Shown: in pieces, positions 45,007 to 54,339 of the stretch
Position numbering within the stretch: the first letter of the stretch is position 1
How the letters are laid out: the number at the start of each line of letters is the position of its first letter
Source: an uncultured Bacteroidota bacterium
GTDB lineage: Bacteria > Bacteroidota > Ignavibacteria > UBA10030 > UBA6906
Assembly (NCBI GenBank): GCA_963779225.1
Contig: CAVZWW010000003.1
Span: 1,503,835-1,567,834 of the forward strand
Direction of reading: 5' to 3'
Length of the DNA: 64,000 nucleotides
Made by a program: the position numbers and the translations under genes
The notes under the pieces: generated by a model
Database searches by the model: none
What the model saw: the letters and a program-made list of their open reading frames with translations, nothing else
Told to the model about the DNA's origin: nothing

Positions 45007-47442
45007 GTGCGCCCCGCCCCGCATAATGCCCCTGAAGGGTTTACCTGGATCACCCGCCTGGAGGCATGGTCCCTGAGAACAACGCTGCTGACAGTCACCG
45101 CTTCGACCAGCGCAGGAGACCGTGCGGATCTGATTTTTGAGGCGGTCGATCAGCATATGTGGCGATGGACCGTCATCCCGCACGGCTCTCCCGAGCCACC
45201 CGAGACAGGGATGGTCATTGTCTCCGCCGGGCAGAGTGTACAGCTGAATGTGGAGGAAACCGGAGAGTCGCTCATTGTCACGGGTCCTGCTCTTACTCTG
45301 GTGATTCACCGGGACCCCTGGTTGATGCGGTTCCTTGATGCGCAGGGAGCAGACCTCTTCCGCGAGAACCCCGCCGATATCGACGGCCTCGGAAGGCCGT
45401 TTGTGCTCCCTCTGGGCTATGTCCGGCGCGCGGAGGACGTCCGGGCTGTGACACTCTCCTTCCATGTCAAGCCCGATGAATGCCTCTTCGGATTGGGTGA
45501 GAAGTTCACGCCGCTCAACAAGGCCGGACAACGGATTGTCACCTGGACTCAGGATGCGTTTGGATCAACGAGTGAGCGTTCACACAAGAATATGCCATTC
45601 CTGTTCAGCACACGCGGATACGGTCTCTTTCTGGATACGGGCGCGCGGGTCACCTGGGATCTGTGCTCGGTTTCCTGCCAATCCGCCACCTTCACCGCCG
45701 ATGCGCCATCCCTCCGCGGATATCTCTTCGCCGGAAACACCCCTGCCGACATTCTTTCCCGCTTTGCCGGCCTCACCGGCCATGCACCGGTGCCGCCGAA
45801 ATGGTCGTTCGGTCTGTGGGTGTCGTCAGGAGGAACGTATCGCAACCGCAAAACGCTGGAGGATCTGGTCGATGGGCTGGACTCGCACGGGATTCCGGCC
45901 GACGTGGTTCACGTCGACCCCTGGTGGATGAAGTGGAGGACATACTGCGATTTCCGGTGGGACACGGAAGCCTTTCCCGATCCGGAGGGCTTTGTGCGAA
46001 TGCTGCATGGGAGGGGGCTGAAACTCTGCCTCTGGGAACACCCGTATATCTCCGTGGAAAGCGATCTCTACCAGGCAGGTCTCAACGAGGGGTATTTCGT
46101 GAAGCGGCCGGACGGCCAGGTGTACGTGATTGATTACGGTCTCTCGCTGGCGCCGAGGCCCGACGGTGTTGTCCGGGAGACGACGCCTCAGAACTCCTGG
46201 AATGCACGCGTGGCAATTGTTGACCTTACCAACGCCAGGGCCTACGACTGGTTTCAGGATCTCCACCGTCCGCTCTTGCGCATGGGTGTGGACGTCTTCA
46301 AGACGGATTTCGGAGAAGATATTCCCGTTGACGCGCTCTTCAGCAATGGTCAGACCGGAGCCACCATGCACAATCTGTATCCGCTCCTGTACAATAGCGC
46401 CGTGGCCGAAGTGACACGCCAGGAACGGGGGTATCCTCTGGTCTGGGGGCGTGCCGGAACTGCCGGGAGTCAACGTACCCCGGTATGCTGGTCGGGGGAT
46501 CCCGCAGCCGATTTCGAAAGCCTGGCCTGCACTATTCGCGGAGGTCTCTCCATAGGACTCTCCGGGATCCCCTTCTGGAGCAACGATATCGGAGGATACC
46601 GCGGGACCCCGGACCCGGAATTGTATGTCCGCTGGGCACAGTTTGGACTCCTCTGTTCACACAGCAGAATGCACGGGGACAGCCCCCGCGAACCCTGGCA
46701 ATTCGGCGAAACGGCGCTGGCCATTGTCCGGAAGTATGTGAATCTCCGGTATGAATTCTTTCCCTATCTCTATTCCTGCGCACACGAGGCCAGCCGGACC
46801 GGCATACCCGTTCTGCGCCCGATGCCACTCGCATTTCCCGGAGACGCGAACGCATTCGACAAAGACTTCCAGTTCATGCTGGGTCCGTCATTCCTCGTTG
46901 CGCCTGTCATCGATCGCTCGGGCGAACGCACCGTCTACCTTCCGGATGGTCAGTGGATGGACTATTGGAGTGGCGCCGTCCTGCACGGACCCCGTGCCTT
47001 CACAATGCAAGTTCCACTCGGAAAACTCCCCCTGTTTCTGTGCGGAGGGGCAATCATCCCGAAGACGCATCCCGGGGATCACATTCCTCTCGGTATCATC
47101 GATCCGCTCGTTGTCGAGATCTTCCCGTTTTCTGCATCGGCCTATGAGTTCCGGGAGGATGAAGGAGTGACAGGGTTTGCCGTCATGCAGACGGAACGCG
47201 GTGCGAGCATCGAATGGGCGGGTCCCCTGGAAAGACGCGTGCTCTTCCGGCTCCGTTCACGATACGGTTCGCCGCGCCTGAGACTTTCTTCATCAGGAAA
47301 CACCGGGGCAAAGGAACGTGCCGCGACGTCGGCGAAGGACGGAACCACGGAAGTGGAAGTGCCGCGGTCAGCCGGAGGAATTCTTGAATTCACCTATGAC
47401 GGAGTGATGATTGATGAAAAAGAATGGCATCCTTCACAGTGA
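45007..47442 (+). CDS. GH31 alpha-glucosidase/alpha-xylosidase
   Basis: GVDVFKTDFGE is the GH31 nucleophile motif, and WHADVVHVDPWWM... is also present. GTG start 4 nt after the previous stop. Confidence 0.85.
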   Translation: MRPAPHNAPEGFTWITRLEAWSLRTTLLTVTASTSAGDRADLIFEAVDQHMWRWTVIPHGSPEPPETGMVIVSAGQSVQLNVEETGESLIVTGPALTLVIHRDPWLMRFLDAQGADLFRENPADIDGLGRPFVLPLGYVRRAEDVRAVTLSFHVKPDECLFGLGEKFTPLNKAGQRIVTWTQDAFGSTSERSHKNMPFLFSTRGYGLFLDTGARVTWDLCSVSCQSATFTADAPSLRGYLFAGNTPADILSRFAGLTGHAPVPPKWSFGLWVSSGGTYRNRKTLEDLVDGLDSHGIPADVVHVDPWWMKWRTYCDFRWDTEAFPDPEGFVRMLHGRGLKLCLWEHPYISVESDLYQAGLNEGYFVKRPDGQVYVIDYGLSLAPRPDGVVRETTPQNSWNARVAIVDLTNARAYDWFQDLHRPLLRMGVDVFKTDFGEDIPVDALFSNGQTGATMHNLYPLLYNSAVAEVTRQERGYPLVWGRAGTAGSQRTPVCWSGDPAADFESLACTIRGGLSIGLSGIPFWSNDIGGYRGTPDPELYVRWAQFGLLCSHSRMHGDSPREPWQFGETALAIVRKYVNLRYEFFPYLYSCAHEASRTGIPVLRPMPLAFPGDANAFDKDFQFMLGPSFLVAPVIDRSGERTVYLPDGQWMDYWSGAVLHGPRAFTMQVPLGKLPLFLCGGAIIPKTHPGDHIPLGIIDPLVVEIFPFSASAYEFREDEGVTGFAVMQTERGASIEWAGPLERRVLFRLRSRYGSPRLRLSSSGNTGAKERAATSAKDGTTEVEVPRSAGGILEFTYDGVMIDEKEWHPSQ

Positions 47443-47815
47443 GCTCGCGCGTATCGTGGCGGGGATGGGCCACGGTGACAAACTGGTTATCTGTGACAGT
47501 GGCTATCCCATACCACACGGGAAACCTGTGGCTGATCTGATCCTGACCGTGGGTGTGCCCGGGGTGGTGCAGACGCTCACGACGGTTCTGCAGGAGCTAC
47601 ATATCGAGGGAGTGATCGTTGCAGAAGAGATGGAGCGAAGAAGTCCTCAGATATTCCGGCAGGTCCAGGGCGCTGTGCCCGCCGTGCCGATGAAGAAGAT
47701 GCCCCATGAGGAATTCAAACAGTTGACGCGCAACGAGAGCAACGTCAGTTTTGTGCGGACCGGCGAAGCCACGCCGTTTGCGAATGTGATCCTGGTGGCG
47801 GGTGTGGTGTTCTAA
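47414..47815 (+). CDS. rbsD: RbsD/FucU-family sugar mutarotase (D-ribose pyranase-like)
   Basis: MKKNGILHSELARIVAGMGHGDKLVICDSGYPIP...FANVILVAGVVF aligns closely, from memory, with E. coli RbsD ([34 protein letters not shown]...YANIILCAGVTF). Confidence 0.8.
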   Translation: MKKNGILHSELARIVAGMGHGDKLVICDSGYPIPHGKPVADLILTVGVPGVVQTLTTVLQELHIEGVIVAEEMERRSPQIFRQVQGAVPAVPMKKMPHEEFKQLTRNESNVSFVRTGEATPFANVILVAGVVF

Positions 47816-48013
47816 GGTTGCCGGATCTGTCTCCCGGTGCGAACAGCGCGGTGTCCCGGCAAAGGCACAGGACGAGGCCAACAAGGATTCTCCGGGCTCG
47901 TGGTGTGACGGCATGGGCGATCCGCTCCCCGGCGCGCGCCTCTACGGCCGCGGAGGCAAGGAAGGGCAGGGGCGATGAGAAGTGCCGGCGTGGAGTGATC
48001 CCCGGGCGATGTG

Positions 48014-49030
48014 CTACCCGGCGAGTGCTTCAGCCGCCATCGCGGCAACGCATGCGGGAGGGACGTTGGGCAGGAGTGCCTCGTGACTCGGACTGATGAT
48101 CACATGCGGCCCGAGCAATCCCCGTACCCGGCGTACCTCCTCCCTGATGTCGTCCTCCGATCCGTGGACCAAAAGTTCCTGCGTATCAATTCCTCCGAAA
48201 AACGAGATTCTTCCGCCGTAGTCTCGTGCAAGCGTGACGGCATCCATGTTTTCCGCTCTGGCTTGCAGCGGGTGCAGGCACTCCACGCCCGCATCGATCA
48301 ACCGGTCAATAATGCGGTGAACCGATCCGCAGGAATGCAGGAGCACCTGATAACCGTGCTGATGCGCCTGTCGGGTGAACTTCTGAAACCAGGGAAGGAT
48401 GAACCGGTCAAAATGGGCCGGGCCGATCATGAGATCCCGCTGCGTGCCAAAGTCGTTCCCAAAAAAATAGCCATCGATGAGCGAGCCGGCCTTCCGGAAA
48501 AACCGCTCGTTCGCTTCGAGATAGAAACCGCACACACGGGCGAACGCTGCCTCCACGACCGCCGGGTGTGTGTGGAGTTTGACCATAAATGCTTCGACAC
48601 CGAAGAGATCCATCACATCATGGAAAAAGGGAGCCCAGAACCCGCTGGCCCGGTAGACCTCGCCGGCTGCGGAGAGTCGTCCGAGGGCTTCGTCGAAATG
48701 CAGGTACTCGAGGCGGGGCCAATCATATTCCTCCACCTCACGGACGGATTCTGCATCCGCCAGTGGTCCCGGCTCTCCCAACGAGTGCTTGTATTTCCAG
48801 ACATCGAAGAATCCTTTCCCCTCCGGATGACGGTATGTGGATTCCATGTCCTGAGGGGTGATCCATCGGAGGTCGCTTCCGAGCAAGCGATGGAGATCGT
48901 CAAGCGTGGTTGTGCCGAAATAGGCGTGATAGCCCGGGAGCGTCTCGGGGTGCGGGTTGCCCAACCAGAACCCGCAGCGGTCGGCAGGCTGACGGGCGAT
49001 TATCCTGAAAATGCGTTCACGGCTGGTCAT
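48014..49030 (-). CDS. URO-D/MtaA-like family protein; paralog 3
   Basis: MTSRERIFRIIARQPADRCGFWLG... and HSCGSVHRIIDRL... fit the URO-D-like family. Confidence 0.6.
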   Translation of the reverse strand: MTSRERIFRIIARQPADRCGFWLGNPHPETLPGYHAYFGTTTLDDLHRLLGSDLRWITPQDMESTYRHPEGKGFFDVWKYKHSLGEPGPLADAESVREVEEYDWPRLEYLHFDEALGRLSAAGEVYRASGFWAPFFHDVMDLFGVEAFMVKLHTHPAVVEAAFARVCGFYLEANERFFRKAGSLIDGYFFGNDFGTQRDLMIGPAHFDRFILPWFQKFTRQAHQHGYQVLLHSCGSVHRIIDRLIDAGVECLHPLQARAENMDAVTLARDYGGRISFFGGIDTQELLVHGSEDDIREEVRRVRGLLGPHVIISPSHEALLPNVPPACVAAMAAEALAG

Positions 49031-49048
49031 GATGAGCAGTGCTTCCTT

Positions 49049-51895
49049 TTAGTTGGGCCGGATTTCCAGACTCGATGATAGCCGGATGTCTTCAGAGGAA
49101 CTCCCCACCATTACGCCGATGATACCTGGCTCGAGAACAGGGGTCATGGATTGATCAAGGAAAGTGAGTTGATCGGCAGACAGGGCGAATGAAACAGTGG
49201 TTTTTTCGCCTGCCGCAAGTGTCACCCGGCGGAATCCTTTCAGCTCCCTGACGGGCCGAGTGACCGATGCGACCGAATCCCGGATGTATAACTGTGCCAC
49301 CTCATCACCTCTTTGCGAACCGGTGTTCTGTATATCCACACTGACACCCACCGTATCACCGGGACTCATGTGCCGGGACGACAACCGGAGATTGGTGTAC
49401 GCAAACGTTGTGTAACTGAGTCCGTATCCGAAAGGAAACAGAGGGTTGCCACTCATGTCTGAATAGTCATCCCCCCGTCCTGTCGGCTTGTGGTTGTAAA
49501 AGAGAGGCAATTGTCCGACATAACGGGGAAACGTGAGCGGAAGTTTTCCGCCGGGGTTGTAGATCCCCCAGAGTATGTCCGCGATCGCGGTGCCGCCCTC
49601 CTCTCCCGGGTACCAGACATCCACGATCGCCGCAACATCTTCGATCCAGTTGCTCATGGTTACTGCGCTTCCGGCGAACAATACGACGACCGTCGGCGTG
49701 CCCGTCGCGGCGACGGCCTTGATCAACCTTTCCTGATCGCCCGGCAGTTCAAGATGAGAGCGATCATATCCTTCTCCTTCGATAATGCCCACGGCGACCA
49801 AAGCGACATCGGCGCGGCGTGCTGCGCCGGCGGCGGCCTCAAGGCGCGGATCGGAGGACAGCATCTGTTGCCATACCAGGCTGGCATAACTCCATCCGTC
49901 ATTTTCATAATAGTCGATGCGCAGGTCATAACTGCGGCCCGCTTCCAGGTTCATCGTCACAGCGTCAAGAGTGGCGCCCCGGTCGAACCAGCTGTCGATA
50001 AGCAGTTTTCCGTCAAGCCAGAGACGAACACCGTCATCGGTGCTTGCACCGAAACGGTAGGTTCCCGTGGTTTTGGGTTTCAACCTGCCCGTCCAGCGGA
50101 CCGAGAAGTGCTCACGCGGGATCAGGGAATCGGGCGAACCCATCGCCCACGTAAAATGCACCTGCCTGTCTATCCGGCGCAAGCGGGGTTTCCCCGAAAA
50201 CGTCTGATTATCGAAGTACTCGCCACGCAGCCCCTGCTCACCGGGCTTGCCATCGGGGGGAAAGAGATATTCCGGAGGAATCGGCGGGAGCGATGAAAAG
50301 CCAGCTTCGCAGCCCTTTTCATACTGTACTGTGACCAAAGAGGATAGTGCGCCTTTGACACCTTCCAGAAGCGTGACAACCTTCATGCCATAGCCACTGT
50401 AGTCCCCGAGCAGCACGGAATCCGCACACGGCCCGATGACCGCTATGGACCTGATGTCCTTTTTCAGAGGCAGGATGTTGCCCTCGTTTTTCAGGAGCAC
50501 GATGGCCTCACGCGCGGCCTGGAGCGCGAGTGCTCGATGCTCTTTGCTGTCGTTAACTGCATCGGCCACCTTCGGATCGACATAAGGATTCTCAAAGAGT
50601 CCGAGACGGAATTTCGCCCGGAGGACATTCCTGGCAGCCGCCTCCACGGCTTCAGCGGTGGCAGGGTCCGTCCGCGCGGTGTCCAGAAGGGGACGGCCAT
50701 AACAGTTCACACCGGGTAACTCCATGTCCAATCCTGCTCTCACAGCCAGGACACCCGCTTCCGCCGCTGTCGAAACGACGAAGTGCTTGTCCCTGATCCA
50801 CTCAACGGAATAGTAATCGGAAACCACGATCCCACGGAATCCCCATTCCTTCCGGAGAAGATCCCTTAGCAGCCAACGATTGGCGGAACAGGGAATGTCA
50901 TTCAGTGCGTTGTATGCCGCCATGATGGCGCCCGCACCGGCTTCGCGTACGCAGGCTTCAAACGGAGGGAGGTATACTTCGCGCAGTTCCCGTTCGGAGA
51001 TGTGAACGGGATAACTATCCCTGCCACCGTCCCCGAAGTTTGCCACGAAATGTTTCGGCGTGCTGATCACCCCTTCGTGTTCGACACCCTTGCAGAAGGC
51101 CACACCCATGCGCGATTGGAGAAGGGGATCTTCGCCGTAGGTCTCTCCCACGCGACCCCAGCGGACATCCCTGGCGATGTTGACCACCGGGGAGAGAACC
51201 TGGCGGATTCCTCTGGCCCGCGCCTCCCGCCCGATGACGGTCCCGATCTTGTACATGAGTCCTGGGTCCCACGTGGCTGCCAGACCGATTGCTTGAGGGA
51301 AACTGGTGGCTTTGTTGGCCATGAGACCGTGAAGGGCTTCGTCATGAATCAGGATCGGAATCCGGAGTCGGGTTTTCTCAAGAGCAAGCTTCTGTATGGC
51401 GTTTGCCTTGGCCGCAGCCTCAGCGGCGGTGGACGCCCGGAGAAGCGGGCCAACCCCGCCGAGACCGTGCTCGGAGATATTCCTGCCCCATTCGATCTTC
51501 GTGGAAATACACTGGAGCTGGGCGATCTTCTCTTCCAATGTCATCCGCGCAAGCAAATCGCGCACACGCTCTTCGAGGTTTGTCTCCGCGTTCAGATATG
51601 CTGGAGGTTTCTCCCGGGTTTGGCCCGAGAATGCGGAGATCAGCAACGCCCGGTTCTTCTCGTCCGTTCCGGCGGGGGACTCGGGAACGGAGGAAACCGG
51701 GGTCCTGGCCTGTGTTCCGGTCAGGGATGCTGAGGCCACGGGTGCCGGGGGTGTTTGCTGCACGCCGGCAGAGGGTATCGGAATGATATCTGCCGGTGTT
51801 CTCTCCTGCGCTTCGGCCGGGGACGGCCGGATACAGAGCAAGATCAGGGCAAAGCCCTTCAGGAGAGTCTGGCGGTTGCATATATTCTGGGTCAT
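49049..51895 (-). CDS. GH3 beta-glucosidase/beta-xylosidase with a PA14 insertion, secreted
   Basis: GH3 segments LARMTLEEKIAQL, GIRQVLSPVVNIARDVRWGRV, KHFVANFG and GFRGIVVSDY are present, with a PA14-like GLRGEYFDNQTFSGKP segment. The start is set to ATG 51895 (GGGAGAGG ribosome-binding site, signal peptide) rather than track 52087. It overlaps the GH38 stop in an ATGA. Confidence 0.85.
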   Translation of the reverse strand: MTQNICNRQTLLKGFALILLCIRPSPAEAQERTPADIIPIPSAGVQQTPPAPVASASLTGTQARTPVSSVPESPAGTDEKNRALLISAFSGQTREKPPAYLNAETNLEERVRDLLARMTLEEKIAQLQCISTKIEWGRNISEHGLGGVGPLLRASTAAEAAAKANAIQKLALEKTRLRIPILIHDEALHGLMANKATSFPQAIGLAATWDPGLMYKIGTVIGREARARGIRQVLSPVVNIARDVRWGRVGETYGEDPLLQSRMGVAFCKGVEHEGVISTPKHFVANFGDGGRDSYPVHISERELREVYLPPFEACVREAGAGAIMAAYNALNDIPCSANRWLLRDLLRKEWGFRGIVVSDYYSVEWIRDKHFVVSTAAEAGVLAVRAGLDMELPGVNCYGRPLLDTARTDPATAEAVEAAARNVLRAKFRLGLFENPYVDPKVADAVNDSKEHRALALQAAREAIVLLKNEGNILPLKKDIRSIAVIGPCADSVLLGDYSGYGMKVVTLLEGVKGALSSLVTVQYEKGCEAGFSSLPPIPPEYLFPPDGKPGEQGLRGEYFDNQTFSGKPRLRRIDRQVHFTWAMGSPDSLIPREHFSVRWTGRLKPKTTGTYRFGASTDDGVRLWLDGKLLIDSWFDRGATLDAVTMNLEAGRSYDLRIDYYENDGWSYASLVWQQMLSSDPRLEAAAGAARRADVALVAVGIIEGEGYDRSHLELPGDQERLIKAVAATGTPTVVVLFAGSAVTMSNWIEDVAAIVDVWYPGEEGGTAIADILWGIYNPGGKLPLTFPRYVGQLPLFYNHKPTGRGDDYSDMSGNPLFPFGYGLSYTTFAYTNLRLSSRHMSPGDTVGVSVDIQNTGSQRGDEVAQLYIRDSVASVTRPVRELKGFRRVTLAAGEKTTVSFALSADQLTFLDQSMTPVLEPGIIGVMVGSSSEDIRLSSSLEIRPN

Positions 51896-54333
51896 TGTTC
51901 CTCTCCCGGACGTACCTCCCGCCACCTTCCGGTCGGCCCGATCAGAATCGTCTTTATGGCGAACGGATGGAAACTCAAACGTGCGACGAGAGCGGGTTGT
52001 GAGATGGTGAGGAGTGCTTTGGTGGCGATACCTGATGTTTCGTGGAACCGCAGGAGAAGCCCGCGACCCCCTTCCGCAGGGTGACACGCCGTCAGACGGA
52101 TGTTCCGGGGTGCAAGCGAGAGAATCTCATCAACATGAGAGCCGTTGGTTGCAACCTTACCCCTGCGCCGCACGTTCCCGATAGGAAGATGGGCGTATAC
52201 AGCCGGCGGAGCAGCGAGCCAATCAGCAAGCCCCGTTACGCGGCGTCGGACGTCATCTGCGTCGCCCGCAGTGATGAGGATGCGGAAATCATGAACCCCC
52301 TGATCCATATACTTACGCGAGGGTGGATCGGGAATGGACAATCCTTTTTCGTGACAATACGCAGCACTGCGAAGGACGGAAAGTCGAATCTCCCCGTCGG
52401 CAATATCCAGGCCGTGCTGTCCGCTGTTGATCACCGCGAGGGCCGTGGCCCTGCCTTTAACCGTTCCCTCCGCGAGGCACCAGCGTCCGTGGACGTGTTC
52501 CTGACTATCCGCCGGCCGTGTGATGGCTCCCCCGGGGATTTCGCATAGAAAGCCGGAATTCCTGAAAACGGTGGGGATGGACAGTTTGAGCCGTTTGCGA
52601 TGTTCCTTCCAGTGCACACGAAAACGGTACTCCAGCACCGGCCAATCATGATAGGTGATGGTCTGCAGAACCACTGAGCTGTTGTGCCATGCGAATTCGG
52701 ATTCAACGATCGTTCGGACAGGGCCCGCATCGATGCGCACAGGAAAATCTCTCACGGGAGTGAATCGGCCCACGAGATTGTTGTAGCTCCAGCAATCCGA
52801 CCCCCATGCGTCGCCGTCGTCTTCAACGACCAGCGGTTGCAGGAGGGGGCCGGTGAGACACTCCCGTTCGCCGCCTGCGTCGAGGCTGGACACCAAGCCC
52901 GACCGCCCATCCATGCTGCACCTGAGCGCAGGTACAGTGTCCGCTCCCAGCCGTACTCCCTCCGCAATCCGGAGTTCATACCGCGCGGCCCCCAGACCGG
53001 GAAGATCGGCAAAGAAGGTCACTTTCCGCCGCCATCCGTTGAATGGAAGTAACGACTCAGGCTGCTCTTCCTGGCAGGGAATTTCTCTACCGTCAAGCGT
53101 GTAGAGCCGGAGGTGCCATTGCCCCGTCCATTTCGGTCGCAGGTCGAGCATGCACTCGACCTCCACAGGAACGCTGGTGCACGAGGGGTTTGCATTCAGG
53201 ACCGTGACGGGGATGTACAGGGTGCGACCTGTTCCCCGATTCATGGCTGCCGCGACCCCGACTCTAAGACGTCGAGCCGTTGTAGAAGAAGCTCCATACA
53301 GGTCGAGTGCATCCCGCTCGGCCGGTTCCGTGCAGGAACCGGGGAGAATGTCGTGGAAATCATTGAAGAGATGATCTTTCCAGGCCTCGAGCAGTTCCGC
53401 ACGGGGATCCCGGGCGCGGCCGGTCCACCATGCGGCGGAACACAGTGCCTCCGTCTGAACAAGTTCGGCAAGGCTGGACACGGCGTGTCGTTTCAGACGT
53501 GAGAGGGAAGTGTAGCATCCGGTGAAGACACGCTGGAGATCCCCCTTGACAACTGGAGCATCTGCAGCGCCGCTCCTCAACGCCCGGTAAAGGTGTTCGG
53601 GGGTACTATGTCGGAGAACCACGCGGGATTCACGTTGCTGAAAAGCCTGGATCTTTTCAAGATCTTCCCGTGAAGCCCCGCCACCGTGGTTTCCGATCCC
53701 CCAGAAGACCGGGACATCGCGTCGTAGCCGGAGCGCATGTTCGGTTCCTTCCTGGAGACGCTGTTCGATATTATCCCTCTCGGTGTGGTAGAGACCCACG
53801 GCGATCCGGTAGGTAAGGATCTCTGACCCGTCAACCCCCCGCCAGCGGTACAGATCAGAGGGTATGTGAAGTTCGGGCTCTTGCGGTCGCATGTGGATGT
53901 ACATTTTGTACCCGGCGCGCATGAGGATTTGCGGGAGGCCCCCGCTGTGTCCGAACGAATCGAAATTGTACGCGACCAGTGGTGTTTTGTGAAAATGCCT
54001 GGCAAAGAATCTCCGTCCTTCCGAAATATGCCTGATCAAGGACTCCATTCCCGGAAGGTTGGTATCCGGTTGAATATACCACCCGCCGCTGATACACCAT
54101 CGTCCTTGCTGCACGAGCTTCTGAATTTTGCGGAAGAGAGCCGGATCCAATTCCAGGACCCAGCGGTACAAGACCGCCTCATTATGGTTGAAAATCAACC
54201 CGGGATGGTCTGACAGCATCCTCACGGCATTGCTGAAGGTTGAGAGAGCTTCAGCGCACCCCTCTTCCCAGCGCCATTGCCAGACAGGGTCCAGATGGGC
54301 ATTGCAGATCAGATGTACAGACGGTTTTTTCAT
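51892..54333 (-). CDS. GH38 alpha-mannosidase
   Basis: HLICNAHLDPVWQWRWEE and ISGGWYIQPDTNLPGMESLIRHISEG are GH38 N-terminal hallmarks. Confidence 0.85.
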   Translation of the reverse strand: MKKPSVHLICNAHLDPVWQWRWEEGCAEALSTFSNAVRMLSDHPGLIFNHNEAVLYRWVLELDPALFRKIQKLVQQGRWCISGGWYIQPDTNLPGMESLIRHISEGRRFFARHFHKTPLVAYNFDSFGHSGGLPQILMRAGYKMYIHMRPQEPELHIPSDLYRWRGVDGSEILTYRIAVGLYHTERDNIEQRLQEGTEHALRLRRDVPVFWGIGNHGGGASREDLEKIQAFQQRESRVVLRHSTPEHLYRALRSGAADAPVVKGDLQRVFTGCYTSLSRLKRHAVSSLAELVQTEALCSAAWWTGRARDPRAELLEAWKDHLFNDFHDILPGSCTEPAERDALDLYGASSTTARRLRVGVAAAMNRGTGRTLYIPVTVLNANPSCTSVPVEVECMLDLRPKWTGQWHLRLYTLDGREIPCQEEQPESLLPFNGWRRKVTFFADLPGLGAARYELRIAEGVRLGADTVPALRCSMDGRSGLVSSLDAGGERECLTGPLLQPLVVEDDGDAWGSDCWSYNNLVGRFTPVRDFPVRIDAGPVRTIVESEFAWHNSSVVLQTITYHDWPVLEYRFRVHWKEHRKRLKLSIPTVFRNSGFLCEIPGGAITRPADSQEHVHGRWCLAEGTVKGRATALAVINSGQHGLDIADGEIRLSVLRSAAYCHEKGLSIPDPPSRKYMDQGVHDFRILITAGDADDVRRRVTGLADWLAAPPAVYAHLPIGNVRRRGKVATNGSHVDEILSLAPRNIRLTACHPAEGGRGLLLRFHETSGIATKALLTISQPALVARLSFHPFAIKTILIGPTGRWREVRPGEEQ

Positions 54334-54339
54334 GGCGGA

